This document shows, piece after piece, positions 8,940 to 19,046 of a stretch of DNA of 64,000 nucleotides. The stretch comes from Planctomycetales bacterium. GTDB taxonomy: Bacteria > 4484-113. Every line of letters begins with the position of its first letter. The first letter of the stretch is position 1. The stretch spans positions 246,572 to 310,571 of the forward strand of contig JAUWGS010000001.1 in NCBI GenBank assembly GCA_030606285.1. Direction: 5' to 3'. The notes below the pieces were generated by a model, which was not told the origin of the DNA, ran no database searches, and saw only the letters and a program-made list of their open reading frames with translations. Both the position numbers and the translations under genes were made by a program.

Positions 8940-9932
8940 TTAGAATTCGAACTCGTGGCCCACGCCCCGTTCGGCGGCTTCCTTATACACATAGGTCGCC
9001 GTAGCCATGTCCTGCAACGCCAGCCCGACAGATTTGAATAGCGTGATGTCGCTGTCCGCGACACGTCCTGTCTTAGTGCCCGCAACAACTTCACCGAGCT
9101 CCGCAGCGATGTTGTCCATGCTCCATGCTCCTTCCTCAATCGGTATCTGGAAATCTCCAGCTTCCGCCTTGCACGCTTCAGCCGAATCCGGGAAGACCTT
9201 GCTCTTCACCACGGTTGCCGTATCCAGCTCGCGCATTCCCGGCGCATGCGAGCCAATAGCGTTAATATGCGTGCCTGCCTCCACCCACGATCCGTTGATT
9301 ATCGGGTCTTTGGCGCTTGTGGCGAGTGTCAGGATGTCGCACGCGCGCACAGCGCTTTCCGCGTCTTTCGCAACTTCCGTTTGTACCCCGGTAATCTTGG
9401 TGGCATCGCGGGCGAACATCTGTTTTGTCTCGTCATCGTCCACGCTACAAACCAGGCAGCGCTCCAGTTCGCGCGTTTTGGCGACAGCCCAGGCCTGCGT
9501 GCGCGCCTGTACGCCGGTTCCGAACAGCGTGTGCACCTTGGCGTCCATTCGCGCAAGGTACTTGGTCGCGAGTCCCGATACTGCGCCCGTCCGCACTGCC
9601 GTCAGGTATCCGCCATCCATAATGCATATCGGCGCGCCGGTTTCGGGATTGAGCAGGATAATCGTGCCCATCACGTTGGGCAGGTTGAACTTCGCAGGAT
9701 TATCCTTATAGACGGTCACGACCTTTGCGCCCAGCGCTTTCAGCCCCGGGATGTACGCCGGCATAAACAATGACAGCCCGGCGTAATCGGGCGCTGTAAT
9801 GGGCGTGCGCACCGGCATAATGACGTTGCCTGCGGCGAAATCGGCAAACGCCTGTTCGAGGATACTGATTGCGCCCTCCATCGTGATGAGTTCCTGCACG
9901 TGGGCGCGGGACAGAAGTCGTACTTTCGCCAT
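8940..9932 (-). CDS. ornithine cyclodeaminase / mu-crystallin family protein (possible alanine dehydrogenase or ketimine reductase)
   Basis: GAKVVTV, LTAVRTGAVSG, GTGVQA, HINAIG, LFKSVGLALQD. Confidence 0.92.
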   Translation of the reverse strand: MAKVRLLSRAHVQELITMEGAISILEQAFADFAAGNVIMPVRTPITAPDYAGLSLFMPAYIPGLKALGAKVVTVYKDNPAKFNLPNVMGTIILLNPETGAPICIMDGGYLTAVRTGAVSGLATKYLARMDAKVHTLFGTGVQARTQAWAVAKTRELERCLVCSVDDDETKQMFARDATKITGVQTEVAKDAESAVRACDILTLATSAKDPIINGSWVEAGTHINAIGSHAPGMRELDTATVVKSKVFPDSAEACKAEAGDFQIPIEEGAWSMDNIAAELGEVVAGTKTGRVADSDITLFKSVGLALQDMATATYVYKEAAERGVGHEFEF

Positions 9933-10111
9933 ACTACCCCCCTCCGATGGTTTCGTTTTGGCATCCCGATTCTAGCACACGTTGTTTCCTGCTATTTTCC
10001 TGAAGCTGCACGGTGCGTCTATAATGTTAGTGCTGAAACCTAATGCCAGCTTCCACGAGAGCCGTTGCATTTGAGAGTAAGCCTGTTCTTTTCATTAAGG
10101 AGCATTGCACT

Positions 10112-11290
10112 ATGAATATTCAGAGAGAATCTGAACTGCGTTCGAAGCGCATCACCGCAATGCCGCGCTCGGTCATCCATATGATGAGCGCACTTGCCCG
10201 TGATGTGGATGACCCGGTATCGCTATCGTGGGCCAAGCCGGTCCACGGGACACCGGAGCACATTAACGCTGCTGCTATCGAAGCCATCGAAAGGGGTTTG
10301 TGCAGCGGGTATTCGACGGGACTGGGCCTGCCAGAGTTGCGGGAATCCATCGCAAAGAAGCTGCGACGTGACAACGGCATCCTCGCCAGCCCTGAAGAAG
10401 TTCTGGTGACAGTTGGCGCAATCGAGGGTATTACGGGTGCGCTGGCGGCTGTGATCGATCCCGGCGATGAAGTCCTCCTGCCGTCACCCAACTACTCAAC
10501 TCACACCGAGCAGGTTCGCATGTTATCGGGCAAGCCCGTGTTTGTGCCGTGCATAGAAGAAGAGGGCTTCCGGCCTGATGTAGCAGCGCTTCGCGCTGCC
10601 GTAACTGATCGCACGAAGGCCATTCTCTTGAGCACACCCTGCAACCCCACCGGCGCGGTCTTCAATGAAACCGATCTCCGCGCCATCGGTGATCTCGCGC
10701 TTGAACGCAATCTCACAGTCATCATTGATGAAGCCTACGAGTACTTCGTGTTTGACGACACCGTTCATTTCAGCCTGGCATCGGTTCTTGAATACGGCAA
10801 TAACATCATCAGCGTCTTCACCGTAACCAAGACTTACGCGATGACCGGCTGGCGCATCGGATACATACACGCGCGCGCCGACCTTGTCTTCGAGATGAAC
10901 AAAGCTCACAACTGTATGGCCATTTGCGCGCCAGTCGTTTCGCAGTACGCTTCGCTCGCCGCGATTGAGGGCCCTCAGGACTGCGTGGAGGACTTCCGCT
11001 TGAAGTACCTGCGCAACCGCGACCATGTCTGCGAGCGATTGGATGCGCTTTCCGAGCACTTCAGCTATCAGCGCCCCGCCGGTTCTTACTGCATGTTTCC
11101 TCGCATTCTACATCCCGATGGCAAGGACTCTCTTGAGTTCTGCAAGCGGATGCTGACCGAAGCTCGCGTGTCCACAACGCCCGGTGTGGGCTTCGGCACC
11201 GGCGGCGAAGAGCATGTGCGCATCACCTTCTGTTGTGCCTACGAGGATATCGATCGCGCGTTTGACCGCATAGAAGCCTGGCTCACTTAA
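10112..11290 (+). CDS. PLP-dependent aminotransferase class I/II
   Basis: PCNPTG, IDEAY, TKTYAMTGWRIGY (PLP lysine); AAGGAG RBS before ATG 10112. Confidence 0.93.
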   Translation: MNIQRESELRSKRITAMPRSVIHMMSALARDVDDPVSLSWAKPVHGTPEHINAAAIEAIERGLCSGYSTGLGLPELRESIAKKLRRDNGILASPEEVLVTVGAIEGITGALAAVIDPGDEVLLPSPNYSTHTEQVRMLSGKPVFVPCIEEEGFRPDVAALRAAVTDRTKAILLSTPCNPTGAVFNETDLRAIGDLALERNLTVIIDEAYEYFVFDDTVHFSLASVLEYGNNIISVFTVTKTYAMTGWRIGYIHARADLVFEMNKAHNCMAICAPVVSQYASLAAIEGPQDCVEDFRLKYLRNRDHVCERLDALSEHFSYQRPAGSYCMFPRILHPDGKDSLEFCKRMLTEARVSTTPGVGFGTGGEEHVRITFCCAYEDIDRAFDRIEAWLT

Positions 11291-11487
11291 GCTACAGGAT
11301 AGGACAGGCTGGAGTTCTGCAAGGCCACAAAAGAGGTTCCCGGCTATCTCACCCCCAAGCGCCTACAGCATCCCTGCACTCGTGTCCTCACCGGCGCGAA
11401 AAGGGGATATGAAGGTTAGGATGCGCGCAACCCCTTCTAGGGGTCCCTCAGGAGTGCTTTGAAGCTGGCTCGAAACTCCTCGTCCAA

Positions 11488-11859
11488 CTACGGATGCTGG
11501 ATTTGCTCAGGCCATTCTCCTAGTTTGGCGTAGTAAATGTACCACTTCATGAGCCTATCCCCATCTTCCCGCGTCAGAACTGTACTTCCGCTCTTTTTCA
11601 GGAGCCTTATCTGGCTGGGAGCTTTCTTGAATCCTATCGCAGCGTCCTCAGGTGGGAAGACCTTCTCATACTCGCCTGAACACCTATCAATCCACTTATT
11701 GAAAACATCTACTTCGAAGTCCACCTGCCTCTCAAACCTGCCAGCGCAGTCGACTTGACTGCCGTGAAAACCGTCCTCCAAGCCACACCGGAGGAGACTT
11801 GCATGAATCTCCTGGCCAAGTTCCTGTAGAGTCCAATATCCCTTACTTTCCACTATCAC
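11488..11859 (-). CDS. hypothetical protein
   Basis: 123-aa ORF overlapping the upstream gene's stop; AT-richer. Confidence 0.5.
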   Translation of the reverse strand: MIVESKGYWTLQELGQEIHASLLRCGLEDGFHGSQVDCAGRFERQVDFEVDVFNKWIDRCSGEYEKVFPPEDAAIGFKKAPSQIRLLKKSGSTVLTREDGDRLMKWYIYYAKLGEWPEQIQHP

Positions 11860-12554
11860 CTCGTCAGATTCTTCGTTCCCTTTGCACCTATTACCGATAC
11901 GGTGGGCAACGCGGATTCTGCTAGAACATACTCCGCGCTTAGGCGTACGTACTTGACTTTGTCTAGGATACTGAGCGTAACCGTAATACGTTCAGGTCCT
12001 TGACGTTCGTCTAGAGTGACATCGACCGTTAGTTCTTGGAGATTCCATCCACCATCGTCGAGGACCGTCAGTTCGATATAGCCTACTTCTAGTAGGTCCA
12101 GACCGTAGATCTTGTCCCAGAAATCCGTCCAATATTCCGTCCGTAATTCTTCACGAACCCCCATGAAGTCGAGTTCCGCTTCATCCCAGCCGGAATCCTT
12201 GAGTATCCCTGTCAGCGAACGAATAGTGGCCCGCTGTAAGAGGCTCAAATGATGATATCGCCTCCCCTCCCGTTTCTGCTCTCGCCAGCTATCAAATATG
12301 TCATACGCGGCGGTCGGCCAACGGCTGACCCCCAGTTCAATGCCACGCAGCGCTGAGGACGGCAGAGGTCTGGGAGTAACCTGCTGCCATCCGTAAATTG
12401 TAAGAATGTCAGTATACCCTCTGAAGCGGTCGATGCGGATACGCTCTCCGTCTGTGCGGTCATAGGAGTATCGCGTCGGCCAGACAAACATTGCAGCAAG
12501 TGCAATGACTACTACCAGCGAGAGTATCGCTAAGCCTTTGGTCAGCCGGCTCAT
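11856..12554 (-). CDS. hypothetical membrane-anchored protein
   Basis: N-terminal TM, WPTRYSY..RIDRFRG..GW motif; TGTTAGAAT -10 upstream. Confidence 0.6.
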   Translation of the reverse strand: MSRLTKGLAILSLVVVIALAAMFVWPTRYSYDRTDGERIRIDRFRGYTDILTIYGWQQVTPRPLPSSALRGIELGVSRWPTAAYDIFDSWREQKREGRRYHHLSLLQRATIRSLTGILKDSGWDEAELDFMGVREELRTEYWTDFWDKIYGLDLLEVGYIELTVLDDGGWNLQELTVDVTLDERQGPERITVTLSILDKVKYVRLSAEYVLAESALPTVSVIGAKGTKNLTR

Positions 12555-12659
12555 AATGTGGCAATTCTAACACAGACTCCTTCCAGCTTCTGTGCAGTCA
12601 AGCTTCGTCTCTAGGTCTCAGGGTGGGTATAATCCCCTACCCTATTTGGGAGGTACGAA

Positions 12660-12851
12660 ATGTTTGGCCCGGAAATCGTGGGAAAATTGGTAAAGCTCGC
12701 GCCGATGGACGAATCGATGGCGGAGACTTTCTTTTCGTGCATCAACGATCCGAAGCCCAACCGCTTCCGTCCCACGCCGCCTGTTGAGAGGGTAGAAACG
12801 GAGCGCGAATGGCTGGACTTCTACCTCTTTGAGTGCATGCGCGAAGACTAG
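12660..12851 (+). pseudogene. internally deleted RimJ/RimL-type GNAT acetyltransferase remnant
   Basis: Good promoter and RBS; N-terminal GKLVKLAPM..INDP..EREWLD joined directly to a C-terminal-like D.YLFECMRED. Confidence 0.55.
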
Positions 12852-12955
12852 GAGTTCGCCCGTCCTGGCAGCATTCAGAGGGATTGATCTGACGGCATCT
12901 CAGTGCTCCTGTTCAACCTGAGTGCACAAGCCCTGTGCTATCATTTCGCACTGAT

Positions 12956-13657
12956 ATGCCCCATCCGCCGAGACCCCCGCAGGCAGTTCTGTTTGACCTC
13001 TACGGGACGCTCGTGCCCAACTTCCCGCCTGATGCGTACCGACAGGCGACAGAGGATATAGCTCGAATCCTGGGGGTCTCGGTGGACGACTTCATGGCGA
13101 AGTGGAGCGACCGCTTTCTCACGCGGGTCCGAGGAAAGGACGGAGGTGTCGCCGAGAGCATCCAGGCTGTACTTGCAGAAATGGGTGTTCAGGTGACCCC
13201 GGAAATCCTTCGCCACGCTACAGAGCGCCGTCTTGCTTTCGCACGATACCTCTTCGACCGCAGCGACGAAACTTTGCCGGCTCTGCACAGCCTTCGCGAG
13301 CTGGGGATTCCCCTTGCACTCGTAAGCGATTGCACATTCGAGGTTGTGGAATGCTGGGATAACCACCCGTTATTTGCAGTCTTCAGCGCCCGCAGCCTCT
13401 CTTGCGAGCTCGGAGCGATGAAGCCCGACCCTGAACGCTACCGGCACGTCCTGCGCAAGCTGAACGTTGAAGCAGATAAATGCTGGTACGTGGGCGATGG
13501 CGGCAGCAGGGAGTTTGCAGGAGCGCGCGCAGTGGGCCTTTTCACCATCTGCTATCGTCAGCCCGGCAGCCGCGACTTCGTTTATGACGAGGACGATTCT
13601 TCAGCCGACCTGGAGATAAAAGACTTCTCCGAGCTTCTTGCGCTGCTCACGGCTTAA
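12956..13657 (+). CDS. HAD-family hydrolase
   Basis: FDLYGTL motif I, VSD, KPDP, YVGDG. Confidence 0.9.
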   Translation: MPHPPRPPQAVLFDLYGTLVPNFPPDAYRQATEDIARILGVSVDDFMAKWSDRFLTRVRGKDGGVAESIQAVLAEMGVQVTPEILRHATERRLAFARYLFDRSDETLPALHSLRELGIPLALVSDCTFEVVECWDNHPLFAVFSARSLSCELGAMKPDPERYRHVLRKLNVEADKCWYVGDGGSREFAGARAVGLFTICYRQPGSRDFVYDEDDSSADLEIKDFSELLALLTA

Positions 13658-13662
13658 GTCTG

Positions 13663-14562
13663 TTATCCCTGAATGAGTAGAAACACGCCAAGGATCATCA
13701 GCACGCAGGCAAGCAACCGCGCGTGAATGCGCTCGCCGAACATGAAGTGCCCAAGCACAACTGCCAGAAGCATGCTCGTGTTGCCGACCGGCTCGGCCAC
13801 AGACATGTCCAGGCCAAGTCCAAGCGTCACCAGCAGCGTGAAGTATGCGTATCCATTCACGGCGCCATTGACCCACACGAGTTTCGTGCGCTCACGGTAC
13901 AGCGCGACAGCTTCTCTCCATTTTCCGCTGACTAGCACAGCCACCATAAAGAAAATACCGTTGAAGGTTGCGCACGATATAGCATAGAAGACCGGCTCGA
14001 AATCCGCGCTGTAGTTGTCAATCAGCCGGATTGCGGCGATGAGTATTGTGTTCAGGATGATAAACTGCGCGCCGCGGTCGGTGGCGACATTTCGCAGGCT
14101 GTCCAGCGGGTTCACGCCCGGCATCAGGAAAAAGACGCCAGCGAAGATGAGAAGCGCGCCCCCGAGCTTCATCCAGGTGAACGCTTCGTTCTGAAACAGG
14201 ATGGGCAGGAAGAAAACGAGTAGCGTGCCCAACGAATACAACGGTGTGATGACCGAGACTTCGCCGTGCTGAAGCGCCTTCATATAGAAAACGAACGGTG
14301 TCATGAAGAGGCTGGACGTCAGGAGCGCATAGGCCAGAAATGTCCAGCTTTCGGGCCGGTGAAAGAACGAATATACGGCAAGTGTCGGAAGCAACGTCAG
14401 CGCCGCAACGCCGAAAAAGATGAAGCCACCTACCTGAGTGGAATAGCCGGACACCGTTTTCTTGCCCAAAGGGCGCTCCAGCCCTAGCAGAATCACCCTG
14501 AGAGCAAGGAACAACCAGGCGGCGGTCGCTACTTGCATCGGCCAATTATACAGGCCATTCAC
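13663..14562 (-). CDS. EamA/DMT family transporter
   Basis: ~10 TM helices, ALQHGEVSVITP, two EamA repeats. Confidence 0.88.
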   Translation of the reverse strand: MNGLYNWPMQVATAAWLFLALRVILLGLERPLGKKTVSGYSTQVGGFIFFGVAALTLLPTLAVYSFFHRPESWTFLAYALLTSSLFMTPFVFYMKALQHGEVSVITPLYSLGTLLVFFLPILFQNEAFTWMKLGGALLIFAGVFFLMPGVNPLDSLRNVATDRGAQFIILNTILIAAIRLIDNYSADFEPVFYAISCATFNGIFFMVAVLVSGKWREAVALYRERTKLVWVNGAVNGYAYFTLLVTLGLGLDMSVAEPVGNTSMLLAVVLGHFMFGERIHARLLACVLMILGVFLLIQG

Positions 14563-14609
14563 TCCTGCTGGACTAGACTAAAAGAGCATTAACCCGATAA
14601 GATTAACAG

Positions 14610-15584
14610 ATGGTGTATCTCATAGCAGAGGTGGGGGTCAACCATCAGGGGGATTACGACCTGGCCCTGGAGCATCTCCGTGCCGCCACGCAGGCCGGTG
14701 CAGACGCAGTCAAGTTCCAGGCCTTCCGCGCTACTGAACTGGCATCTCGCGCTTACGCCAAAGACCAGCTAGACTTCTTCGCCGAAGTTGAGCTTACCTT
14801 CCCGGAGCTGGGCAAGCTTTACGAGGAGGCGCAGAAGCTGGAAGTTGTGTTCCTGGGTACCCCTTTTGATACGGAGGCTGTGGATTTTCTTGACCAGCTT
14901 CCAGTGCCCGCATTCAAAGTGTCGTCCGGGGACCTTACTAACCATCCCCTGCTGGCTCACGTAGCGCGTACCGGCAAGCCCATCTACCTCTCCACGGGCA
15001 TGAGTAACATAGGCGAGATTGTGGACGCCGTCGGTGTCTGTCGTCGCAACGGCAACCAGGACATCACCGTGCTCCACTGCGTCAGCCTCTACCCCACCCC
15101 GCCAGAGCAAGCGAACCTGCTGGCTATCCGCACCTTGGCGGGAGCCGTCGATTTGCCTGTTGGATACTCCGACCACACGACCGGCATTGAAGCATGCCTG
15201 GCCGCCGTCGCTCTTGGCGCTACGGTCATCGAGAAGCACTTCGTGCTTGACCGCTCACGTAAGGGCCCCGATGTTGAACTCTCAGCAACACCAGAGGAAC
15301 TCGCCGAACTGCGGCACGGCGTAGACAAGATATACCAGGAGCTGGGCGACGGCAATAAGGTTCCGCGCCCGGGTGAGATGGAGGTTGCCCAGATAGCGCG
15401 CAGAAGCCTATTTGCAGCTCGGGACATCAAGAAAGGCGAGGCGCTGACACCCGACCTTCTTACCTGCCATCGTCCGGGCAGCGGCATTCCCGCGAGTCAA
15501 TACTCGGAAGTCGTGGGGTATCGAGTGATTCAGGATGTGCCGGCTGGCGAAATGCTCCTCTGGGAGATGCTGGAAGGCGTCTGA
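14610..15584 (+). CDS. neuB: N-acetylneuraminate/nonulosonate synthase (NeuB family) with SAF domain
   Basis: IAEVGVNHQGD, GADAVKFQ, LSTGM, LHCVSLYP, GYSDHT, IEKHF, RRSL..RPG. Confidence 0.92.
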   Translation: MVYLIAEVGVNHQGDYDLALEHLRAATQAGADAVKFQAFRATELASRAYAKDQLDFFAEVELTFPELGKLYEEAQKLEVVFLGTPFDTEAVDFLDQLPVPAFKVSSGDLTNHPLLAHVARTGKPIYLSTGMSNIGEIVDAVGVCRRNGNQDITVLHCVSLYPTPPEQANLLAIRTLAGAVDLPVGYSDHTTGIEACLAAVALGATVIEKHFVLDRSRKGPDVELSATPEELAELRHGVDKIYQELGDGNKVPRPGEMEVAQIARRSLFAARDIKKGEALTPDLLTCHRPGSGIPASQYSEVVGYRVIQDVPAGEMLLWEMLEGV

Positions 15585-15787
15585 ACCCATCCTGCCGGGT
15601 CCCTGGATACACACTCTCCTCGATTGGACACCGTTAAGAAGCGTATATTCAATTACCCCAGTGTTCTCGCCACACCCGATTCCTTGTGCCCAGTTCAGTT
15701 GATATTTGCCGGTCAGAGAGTATAATTCCAGCCATCTCGTGGTGACGGCGGCGTGAGAATCACAATATCACTGACACTGTGCTGCAA

Positions 15788-16078
15788 ATGGCTATTCAGC
15801 ATCTTAAACTGAAGGAAGGAGGTCGGGTCGAGTTCCCGATAAGCAAGGACGACAAGTCCATCTACATCAACTACGACTGGTGCAAGGGATGTGGCATTTG
15901 CATCCATTTCTGTCCGAAAGAGGTCTTCGACGCATCTGCTCTGGAACAGCCAGTCCCCACGCGCATCGAGGATTGCACGCAGTGCATGATCTGTGTACAC
16001 GGCTGCCCGGATTTCGCCATTGTCATTACTGACGCCTCCGATGAGGCTGAGCTGATCGTTGACAGCGAGGTGAAGTAG
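15788..16078 (+). CDS. korD: 2-oxoacid:ferredoxin oxidoreductase delta subunit (2x[4Fe-4S])
   Basis: CKGCGICIHFCP and CTQCMICVHGCPDFAI; first gene of the operon. Confidence 0.88.
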   Translation: MAIQHLKLKEGGRVEFPISKDDKSIYINYDWCKGCGICIHFCPKEVFDASALEQPVPTRIEDCTQCMICVHGCPDFAIVITDASDEAELIVDSEVK

Positions 16079-16079
16079 T

Positions 16080-17222
16080 ATGAGCGGCACAAAAGGACGA
16101 ACTCTGCTGCTTCAGGGCAATGAAGCCTGCGCCATGGGCGCGATATACGCCGGTTGCAGGTTCTTCGGCGGCTATCCGATTACACCGAGCACCGAGATTG
16201 CCGAACACTTCGCCCGCAAACTGCCAACCGTCGGCGGCGTATTCATACAAATGGAAGATGAGATTGCATCTATATCATCCATCATCGGCTCGAGTCTTGC
16301 AGGGGTGAAGGCTATGACCGCCACAAGCGGTCCTGGCTTCAGCCTGATGCAGGAGAACCTCGGCCTAGCTACAGTGCTGGAAACGCCTATCGTCATAGTG
16401 AACATCATGCGCAGCGGTGCTTCCACCGGCCACCCTACCGGTACTGGCCAGGGGGACCTGATGCAGTCCAGGTGGGGAACGCACAGCGACCATCCGGTTG
16501 TTGCGCTGGCTCCTGCGACGGCCCAGGAGATGTTCGACCTTACCGTTAAAGCCTTCAACATCGCGGAGAAACTTCGCGTACCAGTCATACTGCTGCCGGA
16601 AGCCGTAGTTGGCCACATCCGTGAAGCGGTCTACATACCCGCAGAAGGTGAGATGGAAGTCATCGACCGGGAACGGCCGGGCTCATACGAGAACTTCCTT
16701 TTCTTCAAGCGCGACACAAATGGGGTGGCCCACCCACCCGATCTCGGCGCTGGTTTCCGACCCCACTATACAGGCCTTACTCATGACGAAAGCGGTTTCT
16801 TCACGGCTGTCCCTGATCGGGTGAACGCATTCACAGTCGGATTGAATTCCAAGATGGAGCTCCACCGCGAATACCTTACAGATTACTGTGAGGAAACTGT
16901 GGAAGACGCAGATGTCCTGCTTATATCATTTGGAGTCACCGCGCGCGCATGCGCTCACGTAACACGCGACCTTCGTAAGCGCGGCGTCAAAGCCGGCTGC
17001 TTCCGGCCGCGCATTGTGTGGCCGTTTCCAGAAGAGCGGCTGAACCGGATAGCTCAGCATGCGCATACTTTCATCGTGCCGGAGCTTAACCTGGGTCAGA
17101 TGCGCCTTGTGGTCCAGCGCGTAGTCGGTCCGGAAAAGCGCGTGGTGGGCATAAACCGCGTGGACGGTGCAATGCTAACTCTTGAAAGGATGCAGAAGGA
17201 AGTAGAGGAGGTGCTGGCCTGA
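16080..17222 (+). CDS. korA: 2-oxoacid:ferredoxin oxidoreductase alpha subunit
   Basis: QGNEA, GYPITPSTE, QMEDE, TATSGPGFSLM, PELNLGQ. Confidence 0.93.
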   Translation: MSGTKGRTLLLQGNEACAMGAIYAGCRFFGGYPITPSTEIAEHFARKLPTVGGVFIQMEDEIASISSIIGSSLAGVKAMTATSGPGFSLMQENLGLATVLETPIVIVNIMRSGASTGHPTGTGQGDLMQSRWGTHSDHPVVALAPATAQEMFDLTVKAFNIAEKLRVPVILLPEAVVGHIREAVYIPAEGEMEVIDRERPGSYENFLFFKRDTNGVAHPPDLGAGFRPHYTGLTHDESGFFTAVPDRVNAFTVGLNSKMELHREYLTDYCEETVEDADVLLISFGVTARACAHVTRDLRKRGVKAGCFRPRIVWPFPEERLNRIAQHAHTFIVPELNLGQMRLVVQRVVGPEKRVVGINRVDGAMLTLERMQKEVEEVLA

Positions 17223-18055
17223 TGCCGACGGAGCCGTTTGTAAAGAAGTACTTGCGTCAGCGCGTGCTTCCCACCATCTGGTGTGGAGGCTGTGGCCTCG
17301 GCACCGTGATGCGTGTCATCGTTGAGGCTCTCGACGACCTCAAGATCGACCAGAACAACCTGGTAGTCGTATCGGGCATCGGATGTTCATCGCGCATGGC
17401 CGGCTACCTGGACGCAAATACGGTTCATACGACTCACGGCCGAGCACTTCCCGTCGCGACCGGCATAAAGCTCGCGCATCCTGAGCTGGAAGTAGTTGTA
17501 ATCATGGGCGACGGCGACGGCACGGCAATTGGCGGTAATCATCTCATCCACGCATCCCGCCGCAATATCAACCTCAACGTGTTCCTGCTGAACAATGGAA
17601 ACTACGGCATGACCAGCGGTCAGGTGTCGCCAATGACGCCGCACGAGTGGCACGCCAGCACATGTCCTTTTGGCAATCTGGAGCACGCTTTCCACCTGTG
17701 CGATATGGTGAAAAGCGCCGGCGCAACATACATAGCGCGGACAACCACCTTTCATTACATGCAAGCTGTCAGACTGGCAAAAGAAGTCCTAGAGCACAAA
17801 GGATTCGCCTTCTTGGAAATCTACTTCCAGTGCCCGACGTACTTCGGTCGCTTCAACGAAATGACGGACGCGCCCGCCATGCTCCAGTGGTTAAAGAAAA
17901 ACGCCGTGCGTTACGATCCGGAAAAGCCACGCGAACTTGAAAAAGGGCAGTTCTACGTCGGTAAGTTGTGGGAAGACAATACGAAGGATGAATACACCGA
18001 CCTCTATTGTAAGCTCTGCGGCCGCGCTCAGGAGATGATGCAGGTTGCGGATTAG
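17222..18055 (+). CDS. korB: 2-oxoacid:ferredoxin oxidoreductase beta subunit (TPP-binding)
   Basis: WCGGCG, SGIGCS, HGRA, GDGD..IGGNH, YGMTSGQ. Confidence 0.93.
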   Translation: MPTEPFVKKYLRQRVLPTIWCGGCGLGTVMRVIVEALDDLKIDQNNLVVVSGIGCSSRMAGYLDANTVHTTHGRALPVATGIKLAHPELEVVVIMGDGDGTAIGGNHLIHASRRNINLNVFLLNNGNYGMTSGQVSPMTPHEWHASTCPFGNLEHAFHLCDMVKSAGATYIARTTTFHYMQAVRLAKEVLEHKGFAFLEIYFQCPTYFGRFNEMTDAPAMLQWLKKNAVRYDPEKPRELEKGQFYVGKLWEDNTKDEYTDLYCKLCGRAQEMMQVAD

Positions 18056-18064
18056 GATGGGGCA

Positions 18065-18616
18065 ATGAGCGATCGCAGCGAACGCTACGAGGTTTTACTT
18101 TCCGGCTCTGGCGGTCAGGGGATAATCCTTGCGGGAGTCATTGTCGCCGAAGCAGGTATAGCCCATGACCTGAAAGTCGTCCAGACTGCAAGCTACGGCC
18201 CTGAGAGCCGCGGCGGCGCGAGCCACAGCGAAGTGATATTATCCGGCACGGATATAGATTATCCCGCGGTGACCAAGCCCGATTTCGTGATTGCCTTGAC
18301 GCAGGAGGCTGCGGACAAGTTCGCACATCTGGCTAGGCCACGCGGGAACGTCCTTCTTGATACAACCTGGGTTGAGAAACTTCCGCAAAATATTCAGGCT
18401 AATATGGCGAGCTTCCCGCTTACCGAAGAGGCATCCAACCGTTTCGGCAAGCCACTGGTGGCAAACATCATCGCGCTCGGATACTTCGCCGAGCACAACC
18501 CGCTTCTGGGCGCTGACGAACTCCTGCAGGCGATTATCCGCCGTGTGCCGTCGCACTACCGTGAACTCAACGAGCACGCCTTTGCCTACGGCAGAGAATT
18601 GGCAGATCAGGCATAG
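18065..18616 (+). CDS. korC: 2-oxoacid:ferredoxin oxidoreductase gamma subunit
   Basis: GSGGQGIILAG, SYGPESRGG, NIIALG. Confidence 0.92.
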   Translation: MSDRSERYEVLLSGSGGQGIILAGVIVAEAGIAHDLKVVQTASYGPESRGGASHSEVILSGTDIDYPAVTKPDFVIALTQEAADKFAHLARPRGNVLLDTTWVEKLPQNIQANMASFPLTEEASNRFGKPLVANIIALGYFAEHNPLLGADELLQAIIRRVPSHYRELNEHAFAYGRELADQA

Positions 18617-18727
18617 CTCCACTAGTCGCACCGGTTATCGTAACGCAGGTACGAAACTCGCGATTCGCTATGTCGGCACGCTTTAAGGCATAATACTAGG
18701 TGCAAATCCAAGAGGAGGTGTAGGGAA

Positions 18728-18988
18728 ATGAGACTCAATGCATGGGCATTTGGGCTCGCATTTGGAATTATTTGGGCGATAGTGATCTTCATTGTCGCGA
18801 TCATCGGCATCTGGTCAGACTGGTGCGGCGGCTTCTTGGACGTGATGAGCTCCATCTATATTGGCACGAGCGCAAGCTGGGGTGGCGCGTTCATCGGCCT
18901 AGTCTGGGGCTTCGTAGATGGCTTCATTGGCGCATGGCTCGTCGCCCTCGTTTACAACGGCTTTGTCGGGAAGCCCAGGTCAATGTAG
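18728..18988 (+). CDS. small membrane protein (family often labelled bacteriophage holin-like)
   Basis: 86 aa, MRLNAWAFGLAFGIIW..Y.G...GLVWGFVDG..YN; GAGGAGG RBS. Confidence 0.7.
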   Translation: MRLNAWAFGLAFGIIWAIVIFIVAIIGIWSDWCGGFLDVMSSIYIGTSASWGGAFIGLVWGFVDGFIGAWLVALVYNGFVGKPRSM

Positions 18989-19046
18989 CTTGATAACAAA
19001 GCACACCCACCTGTAGGGCATATGCGCTGGGCGTAAGCGCACGGAG

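Noticed and set aside
8882-9139. N-terminal extension of the 463-aa ORF overlapping the cyclodeaminase gene
   Set aside because: The signal peptide and RBS indicate a start at 8881.
18728-18988. Prophage marked by a holin-like gene
   Set aside because: No endolysin, integrase or structural phage genes nearby.
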